Shown here piece after piece: positions 29,954 to 41,191 of a DNA stretch of 64,000 nucleotides. Origin of the DNA: a plasmid. The position numbers and the translations under genes are program-made. Positions within the stretch are counted from its first letter, which is position 1; the number at the start of each line of letters is the position of its first letter. Where the stretch lies: the sequence record NZ_CP044066.1, one strand, 5' to 3'. The notes beneath the pieces were generated by a model. It was not told the origin of the DNA. It worked only from the letters and a program-made list of their open reading frames with translations, and did not search any database.

Positions 29954-30820
29954 TCAAGGGTTGGACGGCGTCGGGTAGTCGGTCGACTCTGCCAAGGACC
30001 TCCACGCTTCCGTCTCCGTCGTGACATACGCGTTCTTCGCGCCAATCGCCTTCAGCGTATCTGTGCCCAGCGGCAGACGCAGTGGCACTGCGGGAGCGTC
30101 GACCAGTTTGACGACGGCGGCCGCAAGCCGTGCCGGATCCCCAGGTTGATGGTGATTGATCACGGGCGCGAGTTCGCGCAGCTTGCCCGACGTCTCCGCA
30201 TAGTCGGCAATGACCTCTTCCGCGATGAGAACAGATGAGCGATCGAGGAAGTCGGTACGAAAAAAACCGGGTTCGATCATGGTTGCGTGAATGCCGAGCG
30301 GCTTGAGCTCGGCATGTATCGCTTCCGTAATGCCCTCGACGGCGAATTTCGTTGCGCTATACACGCCCACGCCCGCAGCGGCCTGATAGCCAACGATCGA
30401 CGAGAGGTTGATGACGTGACCGGCCCGCTGCTGGCGCATGATGGGCAGCACGGCGCGCGTCACGCTCAGCAGCCCGAACACGTTGGTCTCGAAGATGCGG
30501 CGGACATCGGCATCGCTCGACTCCTCGACCGCGCCGAGCAATCCGAAGCCGGCATTGTTGACCAGTACGTCGATGCGGCCGAACTTGTCGATCGCGGCGG
30601 CAACGGCGGCGTGGACTTGCTGTGCGTCGGTGACGTCGAGCGGGAGAGTCAGCAAGGCCGGCGCGTCGCCGAGGCGTTCGATGACGGCATTCACATTGCG
30701 GCCGGTGGCGACTACCGCGTTCCCGTCCGCCAGCGCGGCTTTGGCGATGAGCGCACCCAAGCCACGGGAGGCGCCAGTCACGAACCAGACTCGCTTGAAC
30801 TGTGGGAGATGGGGATTCAT
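29954..30820 (-). CDS. SDR-family oxidoreductase
   Basis: TGASRGLG Rossmann motif, NNAG, and YSATK catalytic YxxxK. Strong SD AAGGAG. Confidence 0.85.
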   Translation of the reverse strand: MNPHLPQFKRVWFVTGASRGLGALIAKAALADGNAVVATGRNVNAVIERLGDAPALLTLPLDVTDAQQVHAAVAAAIDKFGRIDVLVNNAGFGLLGAVEESSDADVRRIFETNVFGLLSVTRAVLPIMRQQRAGHVINLSSIVGYQAAAGVGVYSATKFAVEGITEAIHAELKPLGIHATMIEPGFFRTDFLDRSSVLIAEEVIADYAETSGKLRELAPVINHHQPGDPARLAAAVVKLVDAPAVPLRLPLGTDTLKAIGAKNAYVTTETEAWRSLAESTDYPTPSNP

Positions 30821-31053
30821 TCGGACTCCTTCGATTGGATTGGCCGAACTATGGATCACGGCGTGACAGGAAACTAGCGGGAAAAATAGAGAATCTATTT
30901 TCCATCCACGCAAAAATCCCGAAGATCGTTCTGTGGCGCCGGTTGGGAGGAGATGTCAGTCGCCGGGGTCGCTCGAGTGGGAAATATTGCGTTTTACTTC
31001 GCGCCTCGCATTCCTATAGTTCGCCTCAACAAACTTTCGCTATAGGTGTGGAT

Positions 31054-32244
31054 ATGAAACTCGCCGTTCCCCTTCTCGCCGCTGCCGCATTCGCGATGCT
31101 GACCAACGAATTCAACATCATCGGCATCATCCCGTTGATTGCTCGCGACCTCGACGTGCCGATACCAAAGGTCGGCTTGCTGGTGACTGCGTTCGCCTTC
31201 ACGGTCGCTATCGCCGGCCCATTCCTGACCTTGCGGCTACGCGGCTTGGAACGACGCCTGTTGTTCACGGGCGTGCTCGCCGTCACCGCCGTCGGCGCCG
31301 CGGTCGCCGCCTTCGCTCCCAGCTACGCCGTCTTGGCCGCGGGAAGAATAGTCTCCGCGCTTGCGCTGCCAGTGTTCTGGAGTATGGCCACTTCGACGGC
31401 CGCGCGGATCGCCGGGCCAGACCATGCGGGCCGCGCCATCGCGACGGTATTTTCAGGTGTGTCCATCGCGAGCGTCGTCGGGTCGCCCATCGCGACGATT
31501 CTCGCGGACGCGTTCGGATGGCGCGTGGCATTCGGTACCGGCGCAGCGATCTGCGCGCTGGTGGCCGTGCTCATCTGGACGCTATTCCCTCGCATGACCG
31601 TCGAGGCCGAAGCGCATCCGGTGTCCCCTGTGAAGGTGCTCGCGCATCCCATCATTCTGGTGAACCTCCTGATGTCGTTCTTCGCGCTGACGGCGATGTT
31701 CACGTCGTACACCTACCTTGCCGACACCCTCACGCGTCTGGGCAACTTCACCGATGGAGCAGCGGGATGGATCCTGATGGGTTTCGGTGTCGCCGGTATC
31801 GTCGGCAATGAGGTCGCCGGTCGCTTTGTCGATGGCAGCCCGATTCGCGCGGCCATCGCCTCGATTGCGGTTGCGGGCGCCGCCATGGCGATGTTCCCCA
31901 GCGCCTTGGGGAGCGTGGCGGCAACAACCCTCACGCTCGCCATATGGGGCGCGGCACATGCGGCCGGCTTCGTGACCAATCACGTCCGCGCGATGCGCTC
32001 CGCGCCGGCGGCGCTTCAGGATCTGACAGCGTCGCTGAATGTGTCGGTGTTCAACGCGGGCATCGGCATGGGCGCAGTGGTCGGCGGCAAGGTCATCGAC
32101 GCCGCGGGACTGTCGGATGTCGGTCCTGCCGGCGCGATCGTTGGCGCCCTCGCATTGAGCGTGGCCGCGGTCATCGTCATCGTTGCCCGCCGCCAGTCAC
32201 GGATCAGCGTGAAGGCAGCCATAGCGGCCCGTCCCACGCTTTGA
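31054..32244 (+). CDS. MFS transporter
   Basis: 12-TM hydrophobic profile. Start at MKLAVPLL. Its 3' end overlaps the convergent LysR by 41 nt. Confidence 0.8.
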   Translation: MKLAVPLLAAAAFAMLTNEFNIIGIIPLIARDLDVPIPKVGLLVTAFAFTVAIAGPFLTLRLRGLERRLLFTGVLAVTAVGAAVAAFAPSYAVLAAGRIVSALALPVFWSMATSTAARIAGPDHAGRAIATVFSGVSIASVVGSPIATILADAFGWRVAFGTGAAICALVAVLIWTLFPRMTVEAEAHPVSPVKVLAHPIILVNLLMSFFALTAMFTSYTYLADTLTRLGNFTDGAAGWILMGFGVAGIVGNEVAGRFVDGSPIRAAIASIAVAGAAMAMFPSALGSVAATTLTLAIWGAAHAAGFVTNHVRAMRSAPAALQDLTASLNVSVFNAGIGMGAVVGGKVIDAAGLSDVGPAGAIVGALALSVAAVIVIVARRQSRISVKAAIAARPTL

Positions 32245-33115
32245 GCGCGTCGAGAAACGCCTTCAGTCGGGAAGGCATGAAGCGCCGCGTTGGATATAGC
32301 GCGTGAACGTGGACCTGCGGCGACGACCAATCCGGGAGGACTCGCACGAGGTCACCCGTCGTGAGGCGGGTGTCGGCGTATCCGGATGGGAGCAAGGCGA
32401 TGCCGTGTCCGCGTAGTGCAAACGCCGTGACGATGTGGAAATCATGGGCCGCCACAGGGCCCGAGACGCGGACGGTCACCTCCCGCCGCCCCTTTACGAG
32501 ATGCCAATCCGCTTCGTTGTTGCGGCCGTTGATCATCACACACGGATACTGGCTCAACTGCTCGGGCCGCGTTGGAAGGTCGTGCCGCGCGACATAGTCC
32601 GGCGAGGCGACCAGATACCGCACACTCCTGCCAAGCCGCTGCGCGACCAGGCTCGAATCCCGCAAATCCCCGAAGCGGATCGCCATATCGATGTTGTCGG
32701 CGATCAGGTCGAGAAACTCATTGGTGAAATGAAGATCGACGTGGATGCCGGGGTAACTCGTCAGGAACGCCGATAAGAAGTTGTAGAACGGGTCCTGCTC
32801 AAGCATCACGGGACCGGATACGCGCAATAGCCCTTCCGGCCTGTTCTGCGTCTGGGTAATCACGCGCTCGGCATCGTATAGGTGGCTGAGCGGCTCGCTG
32901 CACTGATCGAAATACGCCCGCCCCTGGGCCGTCAGATTGAGCTTGCGCGTTGTACGCTGCAACAGCGTCACGCCAAGGCGCTCTTCCAGGGTCGTCACCT
33001 TGCGACTGACTGTGGAAACCGGCATGCCAAGTGCCCGCGCGGCGCGGCTGAAACTCTCCAATTGCACCACCCGGACAAACACCGCGATGTCGTTCAAGTC
33101 GGTCTGCTCGGCCAT
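32204..33115 (-). CDS. LysR-family transcriptional regulator
   Basis: HTH IAVFVRVVQLESFSRAARALGMPVSTVSRKV. Divergent from the SDR/HAD pair. Confidence 0.85.
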   Translation of the reverse strand: MAEQTDLNDIAVFVRVVQLESFSRAARALGMPVSTVSRKVTTLEERLGVTLLQRTTRKLNLTAQGRAYFDQCSEPLSHLYDAERVITQTQNRPEGLLRVSGPVMLEQDPFYNFLSAFLTSYPGIHVDLHFTNEFLDLIADNIDMAIRFGDLRDSSLVAQRLGRSVRYLVASPDYVARHDLPTRPEQLSQYPCVMINGRNNEADWHLVKGRREVTVRVSGPVAAHDFHIVTAFALRGHGIALLPSGYADTRLTTGDLVRVLPDWSSPQVHVHALYPTRRFMPSRLKAFLDALKAWDGPLWLPSR

Positions 33116-33237
33116 ATCGTCTCCGCCTTTGATTTTTCCGTAGGTGGAAAAAAGAATCCATATATTCCATTCTAATCAAAGCCGCTTCCATCGACCAAAC
33201 TTCCTTCCACGCAGTTCAACAACCCTTGGAGGGAATC
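33116..33237. promoter_or_regulatory. Divergent LysR/SDR intergenic region with a LysR-box-like dyad
   Basis: TTCC-gtaggt-GGAA dyad (T-N11-A-like) in an AT-rich 122-bp intergenic region. SD GGAGGG precedes the SDR ATG. Confidence 0.35.
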
Positions 33238-33969
33238 ATGTCAAGCAAAGTCATTGTCATTACCGGCGCGTCCAGCGGCATCGGCGAAGCCACCGCCAAA
33301 CGCCTTGCATCGGAAGGAGCGATCGTCGCGCTCGCCGCCCGTCGGGTCCACAAGCTAAAGGAAATCGCAGCTGAGATCGAGGAGAAAGGCGGCAAGGCTT
33401 CCATCCATCAGGTCGACGTCACCGACCAGGCGCAGGTAGTCCGTCTGATCGAGGACGTGGTGGCGCGCCACGGCCGTATTGATGTCATGGTCAACAACGC
33501 CGGTCTCATGGCCATTGCACCACTGACGCTGCGGCAAACGGCTGAATGGGACCGCATGATCGACATCAACATCAAAGGCTTGCTGTACGGCATCGCCGCA
33601 GCCTTGCCGGTGTTCGAAGCGCAGCAGTCCGGCCATTTCATCAATATCGCGTCGGTCGTGGGCCTGAAGGTATTCAGCCCCGGTGGCACGGTGTACTCGG
33701 GCACCAAGTTCGCCGTGCGGGCAATCTCGGAGGGGCTGCGTCACGAGGTAGGCGGAAACATCCGCACGACTGTGATCTCACCGGGCGCGGTAGACACAGA
33801 GCTGAAATACGGCTCCGGCCATGACGATAGCCGCAATTTCGTCGTCGACTTCTACAAGATGGCCATTCCGTCTGACGCCATCGCTCAGGCCATCGCCTAC
33901 GCCATCGCGCAACCTCAGTCCGTTGACGTCAACGAGATCGTGATCCGGCCGACCGTGCAGGACTTCTGA
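33238..33969 (+). CDS. SDR-family oxidoreductase
   Basis: TGASSGIG, NNAG, and YSGTKFAV (YxxxK). Confidence 0.85.
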   Translation: MSSKVIVITGASSGIGEATAKRLASEGAIVALAARRVHKLKEIAAEIEEKGGKASIHQVDVTDQAQVVRLIEDVVARHGRIDVMVNNAGLMAIAPLTLRQTAEWDRMIDINIKGLLYGIAAALPVFEAQQSGHFINIASVVGLKVFSPGGTVYSGTKFAVRAISEGLRHEVGGNIRTTVISPGAVDTELKYGSGHDDSRNFVVDFYKMAIPSDAIAQAIAYAIAQPQSVDVNEIVIRPTVQDF

Positions 33970-33979
33970 GAGACGCGCC

Positions 33980-34714
33980 ATGACGCTTCAGACATCCAAA
34001 GCGCGGCGGATCAAGGCGCTGGCCTTCGACATGCAGGGCACCATCTTCAACTTCTACGATCCGATGATGGAGGCGCTGGCGCGGGTCCCTGCCGCGGCGG
34101 CCGATCTGGCGCAATGGTCGACCTTTGCGGGTGTCTGGAGTGCAGCGGCGTATATCGCGTTCGCCGATATCGCCGCCAGGCGGAAGGCGTGGATGCCTGC
34201 CGCCGCCGTCTACGCGGACGAACTGCCCCGCGTGCTTGCGCGCTTTCCCGGTGGCGCAAGCGTGTCGAAGGCCGACCGGGCGCTTCTGCTGGCAGTTTGG
34301 GGCAACGTGAGGCCATGGGACGACGTGCTGCCGGGCCTGACCGCGCTACGGGAATCGTTCGTGCTGGCGACGCTGACCAATGCTTCGATGCGCGGCACGA
34401 TCGACCTTGTCAGGCGGACGGGACTGCCGTTCGACGCCATCCTCTCAGCCGAACTGGCGGGCGCGCTGAAGCCGGATCCGCAGGTGTATCGGCTGGGCTG
34501 CAAGCACCTCGGTTGCGAACCGGAAGAAGCCATGATGGTGTCGGCGCACAAGTGGGATCTGAGAGCCGCGAAGCAATGCGGCATGCAGACGGCGCTGGTG
34601 CTGCGTCCTCGCGAATATGGTCCCGCCACGACGCTCGACGCATCGCCTGACGATCTCATAGACGTAATCGCGCCGGACCTGCCGTCACTAGCATCCCTCC
34701 TCGCGTATAGCTGA
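33980..34714 (+). CDS. HAD-superfamily hydrolase (type II haloacid-dehalogenase-like)
   Basis: Motif I AFDMQGTIF and an HAD-like C-terminal half. The gene is 10 nt downstream of the SDR. Confidence 0.65.
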   Translation: MTLQTSKARRIKALAFDMQGTIFNFYDPMMEALARVPAAAADLAQWSTFAGVWSAAAYIAFADIAARRKAWMPAAAVYADELPRVLARFPGGASVSKADRALLLAVWGNVRPWDDVLPGLTALRESFVLATLTNASMRGTIDLVRRTGLPFDAILSAELAGALKPDPQVYRLGCKHLGCEPEEAMMVSAHKWDLRAAKQCGMQTALVLRPREYGPATTLDASPDDLIDVIAPDLPSLASLLAYS

Positions 34715-35147
34715 GCACCAGCACGGCAGGGCACGGACGCGAGTGCTGTGGAGCATAAGTTCCGCTTGCAGCGAAGAAAAGTGTGACCGAAAGATCAGTG
34801 TCCCATTGATGGGCTGCAGCGGATATTCGCCGGCGGTTGCTCGGTGTCTGCCATGGGTCGGAGAGCGTCCATGCAGCGACGGAGTTGAGTCCCGAGTAGC
34901 AAAGAAAGAGACCGCCGCGCGCCCGTGAGCGCACGGCGGTCGAAGTACTTCAGGGTGGACGCGACCAGTATCAACGCCCGCGCCTCCGGTTTCAATTCGA
35001 ATCTGACGCACCAGAATCTCACGCGCGGTGCAGCGCTCGGCGACTCCGCCTATTCACGCCACGACGCGGGAAAAGGCCTCACACACGCTTCAGGCAGAAT
35101 CGCCACCGGCGCAAACTTGATCTCCCTTCATTTGAACGGAGATCATC

Positions 35148-35774
35148 ATGGATACGCCGAACTCTCAATCGACCCAACATGTTCCGTGGAACAAGGGGAA
35201 GCTCACCGGGCAGAAGCCGCCGCTCAAGCTCTGCGAGATCTGGGCGATTCGCACGAGACTGCAGATATCGTCAAACCTACGCGAGCTAGTGCTGTTCAAC
35301 CTCGCGATCGACAGCAAACTCCGGGCGTGCGATCTCACTAGGTTGCTCGTACGGGACGTCTGCCACGGCACCCGCGTCAGTGCTCGGGCAACAGTGGTCC
35401 AACAGAAGACCCATAGACCGGTCCAGTTTGAGATCACAGAACAAACTAGGGCGAGCGTCGAAGCATGGATAGCTGCCCGAGGATTGAGCCCGTCGGATGC
35501 GTTATTCCCGAGTCGCATACAGACTTCGGCCCACCTTTCTACCCGGCAGTACGCCCGATTGGTACACAGATGGGTCGCCTCGATTGGCCTGGATGACACC
35601 GCCTATGGCACGCACACCATGCGTCGAACCAAAGCATCGTTGATCTACCGTCGAACCAAGAACCTCCGAGCCGTGCAATTACTGCTCGGCCACACGAAGC
35701 TCGAAAGTACTGTGCGCTACCTTGGCATAGAAGTCGACGATGCGCTGGAGATGGCTGAGCAGACTGAAGTCTAG
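35148..35774 (+). CDS. Small (208 aa) tyrosine-type site-specific integrase
   Basis: Box I Arg (LRACDLTRLLVRDV), HTMRRT (HxxR) and LLGHTKLESTVRYLG (catalytic Y). SD GGAGAT. Confidence 0.75.
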   Translation: MDTPNSQSTQHVPWNKGKLTGQKPPLKLCEIWAIRTRLQISSNLRELVLFNLAIDSKLRACDLTRLLVRDVCHGTRVSARATVVQQKTHRPVQFEITEQTRASVEAWIAARGLSPSDALFPSRIQTSAHLSTRQYARLVHRWVASIGLDDTAYGTHTMRRTKASLIYRRTKNLRAVQLLLGHTKLESTVRYLGIEVDDALEMAEQTEV

Positions 35775-35782
35775 TAGGTTCG

Positions 35783-35812
35783 ATGGCCGGCGAGCGGTCG
35801 CTCACCGGCCAT
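35783..35812. repeat. 30-bp near-perfect palindrome (11-bp arms around an 8-bp spacer) immediately 3' of the small integrase
   Basis: atggccggcga-gcggtcgc-tcaccggccat, with 1 mismatch between the arms. There is no T-tract, so it does not look like a terminator. Confidence 0.5.
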
Positions 35813-36272
35813 TTCCGGTCAATCAGACGAACTCTGTGTGTGGCCGAACCGCAACCAAAATCTGCCTGTCGATAGTGACACGGAGTCCACAATGGCTCAC
35901 TTCGCTGCGCCATTCCGACAAGTTTTAAGTTTGGGCGAGGGCTTCCGCGTTCTAGCTGACCTAGGTGCAAAATCACTCTGATGGTTCTTGTTCTTCCTCC
36001 AGTCGGTTGATTGAAAACTCACCGTGCGCTGTCAATGCCCAGCGCTAAGTTCAGTCGAGGTTCCCTCGTGGCAAGGTTCTGCGATAGTCCAGAACAGCCT
36101 GCCGAAGTAAATTGACGAGAGTTGGAGCGAAAGCTTTCTCTTCTTCAAACGTCGATCCATGACATCGTGCGGCAGGTTGCCAGAAAGGCGAGCGTTTCTA
36201 GAACGGAGCGCCCGCCGGGATCGACCAGTTGCCCGTGCCGCAAACGTAGGGAAATCGCGGCAGAGCAATCCC

Positions 36273-36854
36273 TCACTTGACGGTAAGCCGCTCCGCAGTG
36301 CGATGCAACGCGACACCGACGTTGATGACGGCCTTTTCCGCAGCTTTGTCCTTGAGACCGATCCCGCCGTCGAATGCTTGATGGGCAAGTCCGAGCGTAA
36401 ATGCCTCCGGAACAACCACGACACCCAGCTTGTCCAGCACCGTGCGCAACGCAAGCTGCGAACGCAGGCCACCCAGTTGCCCTGGCGATGCAGAAACCAT
36501 TGCCGCTACCTTTCCTGCAAGCAGCGCAACGCCCGAGGTGCCGTCTTCCTGCGGGCGACTTACCCAATCCAGCGCATTCTTCAGCGCGGCGGTATAGCCG
36601 CCGTTGAACTCGGGCGTTGCAATCAGCAATGCATCGTGCTCGGCGAACACCGCCTGCAGCCGACGCACTTCTGCGGGAATCCCTTGATCGGCTTCCAAGT
36701 CGCCGTCATAGATCGGCAACGCAAAATCGCGCAGCCGGATTGACGTCACGGATGCACCCGCATCGCGCGCGCCATTTGCGGCGATATCGAGCAGCTTCTG
36801 ATTCAGCGAGCCGCGACGAGAACTGCCGCTCACCGCAAGGATTCTGATACTCAT
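36273..36854 (-). CDS. NADPH-dependent FMN reductase family protein (possible NbaA-like nitroreductase)
   Basis: MSIRILAVSGSSRRGSLNQKL...LIATPEFNGGY, typical of the NADPH-dependent FMN reductase family. Last gene of the catabolic operon. Confidence 0.75.
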   Translation of the reverse strand: MSIRILAVSGSSRRGSLNQKLLDIAANGARDAGASVTSIRLRDFALPIYDGDLEADQGIPAEVRRLQAVFAEHDALLIATPEFNGGYTAALKNALDWVSRPQEDGTSGVALLAGKVAAMVSASPGQLGGLRSQLALRTVLDKLGVVVVPEAFTLGLAHQAFDGGIGLKDKAAEKAVINVGVALHRTAERLTVK

Positions 36855-36879
36855 GCCATCTCCTGAAGAGGTCTTGAAG

Positions 36880-37374
36880 TTACTGCGCCGGCGGGGGTCG
36901 GTATTCGATTTCACCGCCCGGCAAGAAATACATCATCAGGGCCCTGCCCTTGACGGTCGGAAAATGCTCGCTCATCGGCGCAAAGACGCGCCAGCCCGCG
37001 CCATGCTCGCAGAACTGGGCGCCGGGTTCGAGCGGGATGATCATGTTGATTTCGCCTCGCGTGTGGCAGTGATACTGGCCCTTGACGTCGCGCAGCAGCC
37101 CGCTTTCCACGCTCATCTCCGCCGTCTGGTAACCAGGTTCGGCGATCCGACCCCGGCGGTACGCGGCACCGTCGATCTCGACGTAACCCGCCCATCCCTC
37201 TTCCACGCCCAGCTTCAACAGCCTGCACATCTCCTCGTACGCTTGCGTCCCGGCACCGTAGTGTTCGTTCAGGTGCGCTTCGAGTTCTTCATCGAGTGGG
37301 CGCGAACGCATGTCGTCGCACAGGCGACGCACCCATTGAAGCAACTCCTCCTTGTGTGGACCTTGCGGCAGCAT
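36880..37374 (-). CDS. DUF4863-like small protein (possible hydroxylaminobenzoate mutase/lyase-type)
   Basis: 164 aa. SD AAGGAGAG precedes the MLPQ start. Sits between the ACMSD and FMN reductase genes. Family assignment is from memory. Confidence 0.5.
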   Translation of the reverse strand: MLPQGPHKEELLQWVRRLCDDMRSRPLDEELEAHLNEHYGAGTQAYEEMCRLLKLGVEEGWAGYVEIDGAAYRRGRIAEPGYQTAEMSVESGLLRDVKGQYHCHTRGEINMIIPLEPGAQFCEHGAGWRVFAPMSEHFPTVKGRALMMYFLPGGEIEYRPPPAQ

Positions 37375-37406
37375 CTGGCTCTCCTTATTTATCTGCATCG
37401 TCTGCC

Positions 37407-38420
37407 TCAGCCTACGGCCTGGGGCAGACTGAAAAACCTGGCGGCATTACCGCCAAGAATACGGCCTTTGGCCTGATCGCTCAGACCGCCGTGGTTTTCT
37501 ACCAACGCGCCGATTGACTGCTCACCCAGCGGATACGGGTAATCGGACCCCAGTAGCACCCGTTCCTCGCCCATGACGTCTACCAGCAGGCTGAGGGATT
37601 TCGCGTCGAATACCGCGCTGTCCACGGAGAAGCGGTCCACATAGGACGACGGCAGTTTCGGGCAATCCTCACGGACGATGTCGCGATGGCGCCATGCGTT
37701 GTCGACACGCCCCAGCAGGAACGCGAAGCTGCCGCCGCCATGCGCAAAGCACAGCTTCAGGGATCGTGGAATCCGCTCGAATGCACCGGACAGGATCAGC
37801 GACAGGATGCCCAGCTGGGTTTCCGCCGGCATCGCCACCAGCCACGGCAACATCCATTTCTTCATCCGGCCATCAGTCATCATGTCCCACGGATGCACGA
37901 GTACGGGGATGCCTTCGTTGGCGCAGTGACACAGAAACTGGACCAGGCCCTCGTCGTCGAGATCGCGCGCACCCACGTGGTTGCCGATCTGCACGCCGCA
38001 ATGTCCCGAAGCGTGCGCACGCGATGCCTCCTGGCATGCCAGTTCGATATCCTGCAGCGGAACCTGCGCGAGTGCCCTGAGCCGATCCGGTGCGACCGCG
38101 CAGAGTTCGAGCGCCTTGTCGTTTATGCGCTGCGCCCACTGCCACGCCGTGCTGGCGTCGTAGCGATAGCCGAACATCACCGGTGTAGCGCACATCAGTT
38201 GCACATCGATCCGTTGTTCGTCCATCTGTTCCAGACGTCGACGCGGGTCCCACAGCGGACGGTTGACCGGCCGGAACGCCCGGTCGCCCAGCATGATCGT
38301 TCCCGTTTCGCCATCGTCCGAGACGGCAAGCCACGGCACATCCGGCTGGCCGACTTGCGCAGCTTCCTCCCGCGAAATCGTCGGGAAAAAGTGGGAGTGC
38401 ATATCAATTCGCAAGGTCAT
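37407..38420 (-). CDS. nbaD: 2-amino-3-carboxymuconate-6-semialdehyde decarboxylase (ACMSD, amidohydrolase-2 family)
   Basis: N-terminal metal-binding [13 protein letters not shown] plus amidohydrolase-2 His/Asp residues. Confidence 0.8.
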   Translation of the reverse strand: MTLRIDMHSHFFPTISREEAAQVGQPDVPWLAVSDDGETGTIMLGDRAFRPVNRPLWDPRRRLEQMDEQRIDVQLMCATPVMFGYRYDASTAWQWAQRINDKALELCAVAPDRLRALAQVPLQDIELACQEASRAHASGHCGVQIGNHVGARDLDDEGLVQFLCHCANEGIPVLVHPWDMMTDGRMKKWMLPWLVAMPAETQLGILSLILSGAFERIPRSLKLCFAHGGGSFAFLLGRVDNAWRHRDIVREDCPKLPSSYVDRFSVDSAVFDAKSLSLLVDVMGEERVLLGSDYPYPLGEQSIGALVENHGGLSDQAKGRILGGNAARFFSLPQAVG

Positions 38421-38439
38421 GGTTTCGCTATGGAAAAGC

Positions 38440-39207
38440 CTACAGGCGGGTTGTGATATCGACTTCGCCAACCCCGCTCACCAGCACCTGCACATGGCTG
38501 GCCGGCACCAGCGGGTGGGCGGCCGTGGCCGCGCCGGCCATGATGAGCGAGCCTGCCGGCAATGCCGTCTCAGACTCGCTGGCAAGCCGCGAGGCTTCCA
38601 CGACAGCGCGAACCGGATGACCGAGAATGGCCGCGGTCGAGCCGATCTGCATGTCCCTGCCGTCCACGCGCATGATCACGCCCGCATTGCCCAGGCTATC
38701 GAGGTTTCGCGCCCAGTTGCCTACGACGAGTCCGGCGCTGGAACAGTTGTCGGCTACCACATCTTCCAGCGTGAAGCGGAAGTCCTGGTAGCGGGAATCG
38801 ATGATCTCCATTGCCGGCGCCACGGCCTCCAGGTAGTCCTTCGCCTCTAGCGCCGTCAGTGGCCGGTCAATCGTCCTGCGCGTCAGGAAGCAGACCTCGG
38901 GCTCGACACGCGGATGGATGAATCGCCGCAGACTGACGTTACCGCCGTCGTCCTCCAGCATGGCGTCGGTGAGCCAGCCCCAGATCAGATCCGACACTCC
39001 CATCTGCATCATCTTGGCGCGGCTCGTGAAGCCGAGCTTGATGCCGATGCGACGCTCGCCGCGCTGCACGCGGCGATCGATAGACATACGCTGGATGCGA
39101 TACGCGTCATGCACGGAAAACGCATCGACCGTCGTGAGTTGATGGATCGCGGTCGCTTTCACCGCCGCCTCGTCGACCAGGCGCGCGGCATCCTCGATAT
39201 CGATCAT
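38440..39207 (-). CDS. 4-oxalocrotonate decarboxylase (MhpD/DmpH family)
   Basis: 255-aa hydratase/decarboxylase-family protein, in the dmpH position after the aldolase. Confidence 0.7.
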   Translation of the reverse strand: MIDIEDAARLVDEAAVKATAIHQLTTVDAFSVHDAYRIQRMSIDRRVQRGERRIGIKLGFTSRAKMMQMGVSDLIWGWLTDAMLEDDGGNVSLRRFIHPRVEPEVCFLTRRTIDRPLTALEAKDYLEAVAPAMEIIDSRYQDFRFTLEDVVADNCSSAGLVVGNWARNLDSLGNAGVIMRVDGRDMQIGSTAAILGHPVRAVVEASRLASESETALPAGSLIMAGAATAAHPLVPASHVQVLVSGVGEVDITTRL

Positions 39208-40244
39208 GCGGCCCTCGCTTGCTGTGCATTGCGATGGACGAGATCCAGCGCCACGTCGACGATCATGTCCTCCTGCCCCCCAACCATCCGGCGGTTGCCG
39301 AGTTCGACCAGAATGTCGAACGTCGAGATCCCGTATTTGACCGAGGCCGCTTCCGCATGGCGCAGGAAACTCGAATAGACACCGGCATAGCCAAGTGCGA
39401 GCGTCTCTCTGTCGACGCGCACCGGACGCTCCTGCAACGGCCGGACAATATCGTCTGCGGCATCAATCAGTGTCTTGACGTCGCAACCATGGTTCAACCC
39501 CATGCGATCTACGGCCGCGATGAAGACCTCCAGCGGCGCATTGCCAGCGCCGGCGCCCATTCCGGCCAGCGACGCATCCACGCGGTCGCAACCCTCCTGG
39601 ACCGCGACAATCGAGTTGGCCACGCCCAGCGAGAGATTGTGGTGCGCATGCATGCCAGTCTGCGTTGCAGGATCGAGCGTGGCTTTCAGCGCGCGAAAGC
39701 GTGCCGCCACGTCATCCATGTTCAGTGCACCACCGGAGTCCACCACGTAGACACACTGCGCACCGTATGTTTCCATCAGCTTGGCCTGCTGGGCGAGCAG
39801 TGCCGGCGTGGTCATGTGGCTCATCATCAGGAAGCCAACCGTATCCATGCCGAGCGAGCGCGCGTACTCGATGTGTTGCCGCGAGATATCGGCTTCCGTG
39901 CAATGCGTGGCCACGCGCACCACGCGTGCACCGGCCTCGTAGGCTTCGCGCAAGTCATGCAGCGTGCCGATGCCCGGGATCAGCAGCGTTGCGACCTGGG
40001 CGCGCCGGACCGCTCCGCTCACGGCGGCGATCCAGTCGTAATCCGTGTGTGCGCCGAGACCATAGTTGAAGCTCGATCCGGCCAGGCCGTCACCGTGCGC
40101 CACCTCGATGCTGTCGACACCGGCGGCGTCGAGCGCTTTGGCAATTCGCACGGCCTGGTCCACGGTGTACTGGTGACGGATGGCGTGCATGCCATCGCGC
40201 AGCGTCACATCGGAAACGTAGAGCTTTTTCGTGTGGGTCGTCAT
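39204..40244 (-). CDS. 4-hydroxy-2-oxovalerate aldolase
   Basis: [17 protein letters not shown]...[13 protein letters not shown] (DmpG/MhpE family). SD AAGGAGA before ATG(MTTH). Confidence 0.85.
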   Translation of the reverse strand: MTTHTKKLYVSDVTLRDGMHAIRHQYTVDQAVRIAKALDAAGVDSIEVAHGDGLAGSSFNYGLGAHTDYDWIAAVSGAVRRAQVATLLIPGIGTLHDLREAYEAGARVVRVATHCTEADISRQHIEYARSLGMDTVGFLMMSHMTTPALLAQQAKLMETYGAQCVYVVDSGGALNMDDVAARFRALKATLDPATQTGMHAHHNLSLGVANSIVAVQEGCDRVDASLAGMGAGAGNAPLEVFIAAVDRMGLNHGCDVKTLIDAADDIVRPLQERPVRVDRETLALGYAGVYSSFLRHAEAASVKYGISTFDILVELGNRRMVGGQEDMIVDVALDLVHRNAQQARAA

Positions 40245-40255
40245 TGTGATCTCCT

Positions 40256-41191
40256 TCACATAGCCAGCCGCTTGGCCATCATTTCATCTGCAGTGCGCAG
40301 TGCAGCCGAGGTCATGATGTCGAGGTTCCCGGCATAGGCGGGCAGGTAGTGCGCGGCGCCTTCGACCTCCAGGAACACACTCACCTTGAGCCCGGTGGCG
40401 GGGGCCCCCGTCTTCAGGAAACGCGCCGGCAGATCGACACGATCGAACTGCACCGCCTGCTTCAGCCGATACCCCGGTACATAGGCCGATACGTGTGCTA
40501 CCTGTGCGTGAATTGCCTCGTCGATCCGCACGGTGTCTGCGTCCGCATCCACCAGGCAATACACGGTGTCGCGCATGAGCAGCGGCGGTTCGGCGGGATT
40601 CAGGACGATGATGGCCTTCCCCACGGTGGCGCCACCAATGATCTCGATGGCGCGTGACGTCGTCTCGGTGAACTCGTCGATGTTGGCGCGCGTACCCGGA
40701 CCCGCCGAGCGGCTGGAGATCGAGGCAACGATCTCCCCGTAGTGGACGGATGCAACGTCGGAGACCGCGCGGACGATGGGAATCGTGGCCTGCCCGCCGC
40801 ACGTCACCATGTTGACGTTCGTGGAATCAAGATTCGCCTCCAGATTGACGCACGGTACGACGAAAGGCCCGAGTGCGGCCGGCGTCAGGTCGATGACCGT
40901 CACGCCATGCTGCGCAAGTATCTCGGCGTGATGCGCATGCGCACTGGCCGACGTGGCATCGAACGCGATGCGCACGTCGCGGAACTCCGGCATCGCGACC
41001 AGCCCCTCGATACCATCGGCCGTGGTCGCCACACCAAGCCGCTGGGCACGTGCCAGGCCATCGGAAGCGGGATCGATGCCCACCATGGCCGCCATCTTGA
41101 GATGACGGGCGTTGCGCATCACTTTGATCATCAGATCAGTGCCGATGTTGCCGGACCCGATGATGGCTACAGAAAATTTATTGTCGCTCAC
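40256..41191 (-). CDS. Acetaldehyde dehydrogenase (acetylating)
   Basis: GTG start (SD GGAG). [16 protein letters not shown]-binding motif and a Cys in [11 protein letters not shown]. The upstream extension of the 398-aa track ORF is an artefact. Confidence 0.85.
   Translation of the reverse strand: MSDNKFSVAIIGSGNIGTDLMIKVMRNARHLKMAAMVGIDPASDGLARAQRLGVATTADGIEGLVAMPEFRDVRIAFDATSASAHAHHAEILAQHGVTVIDLTPAALGPFVVPCVNLEANLDSTNVNMVTCGGQATIPIVRAVSDVASVHYGEIVASISSRSAGPGTRANIDEFTETTSRAIEIIGGATVGKAIIVLNPAEPPLLMRDTVYCLVDADADTVRIDEAIHAQVAHVSAYVPGYRLKQAVQFDRVDLPARFLKTGAPATGLKVSVFLEVEGAAHYLPAYAGNLDIMTSAALRTADEMMAKRLAM

Noticed and set aside
34995-35012. tRNA-like 3' end (ttcgaatctgacgcacca) upstream of the small integrase, considered as a possible tRNA/att remnant
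   Set aside because: No complementary acceptor or T-stem could be folded from the upstream 80 nt. It is probably a chance resemblance.
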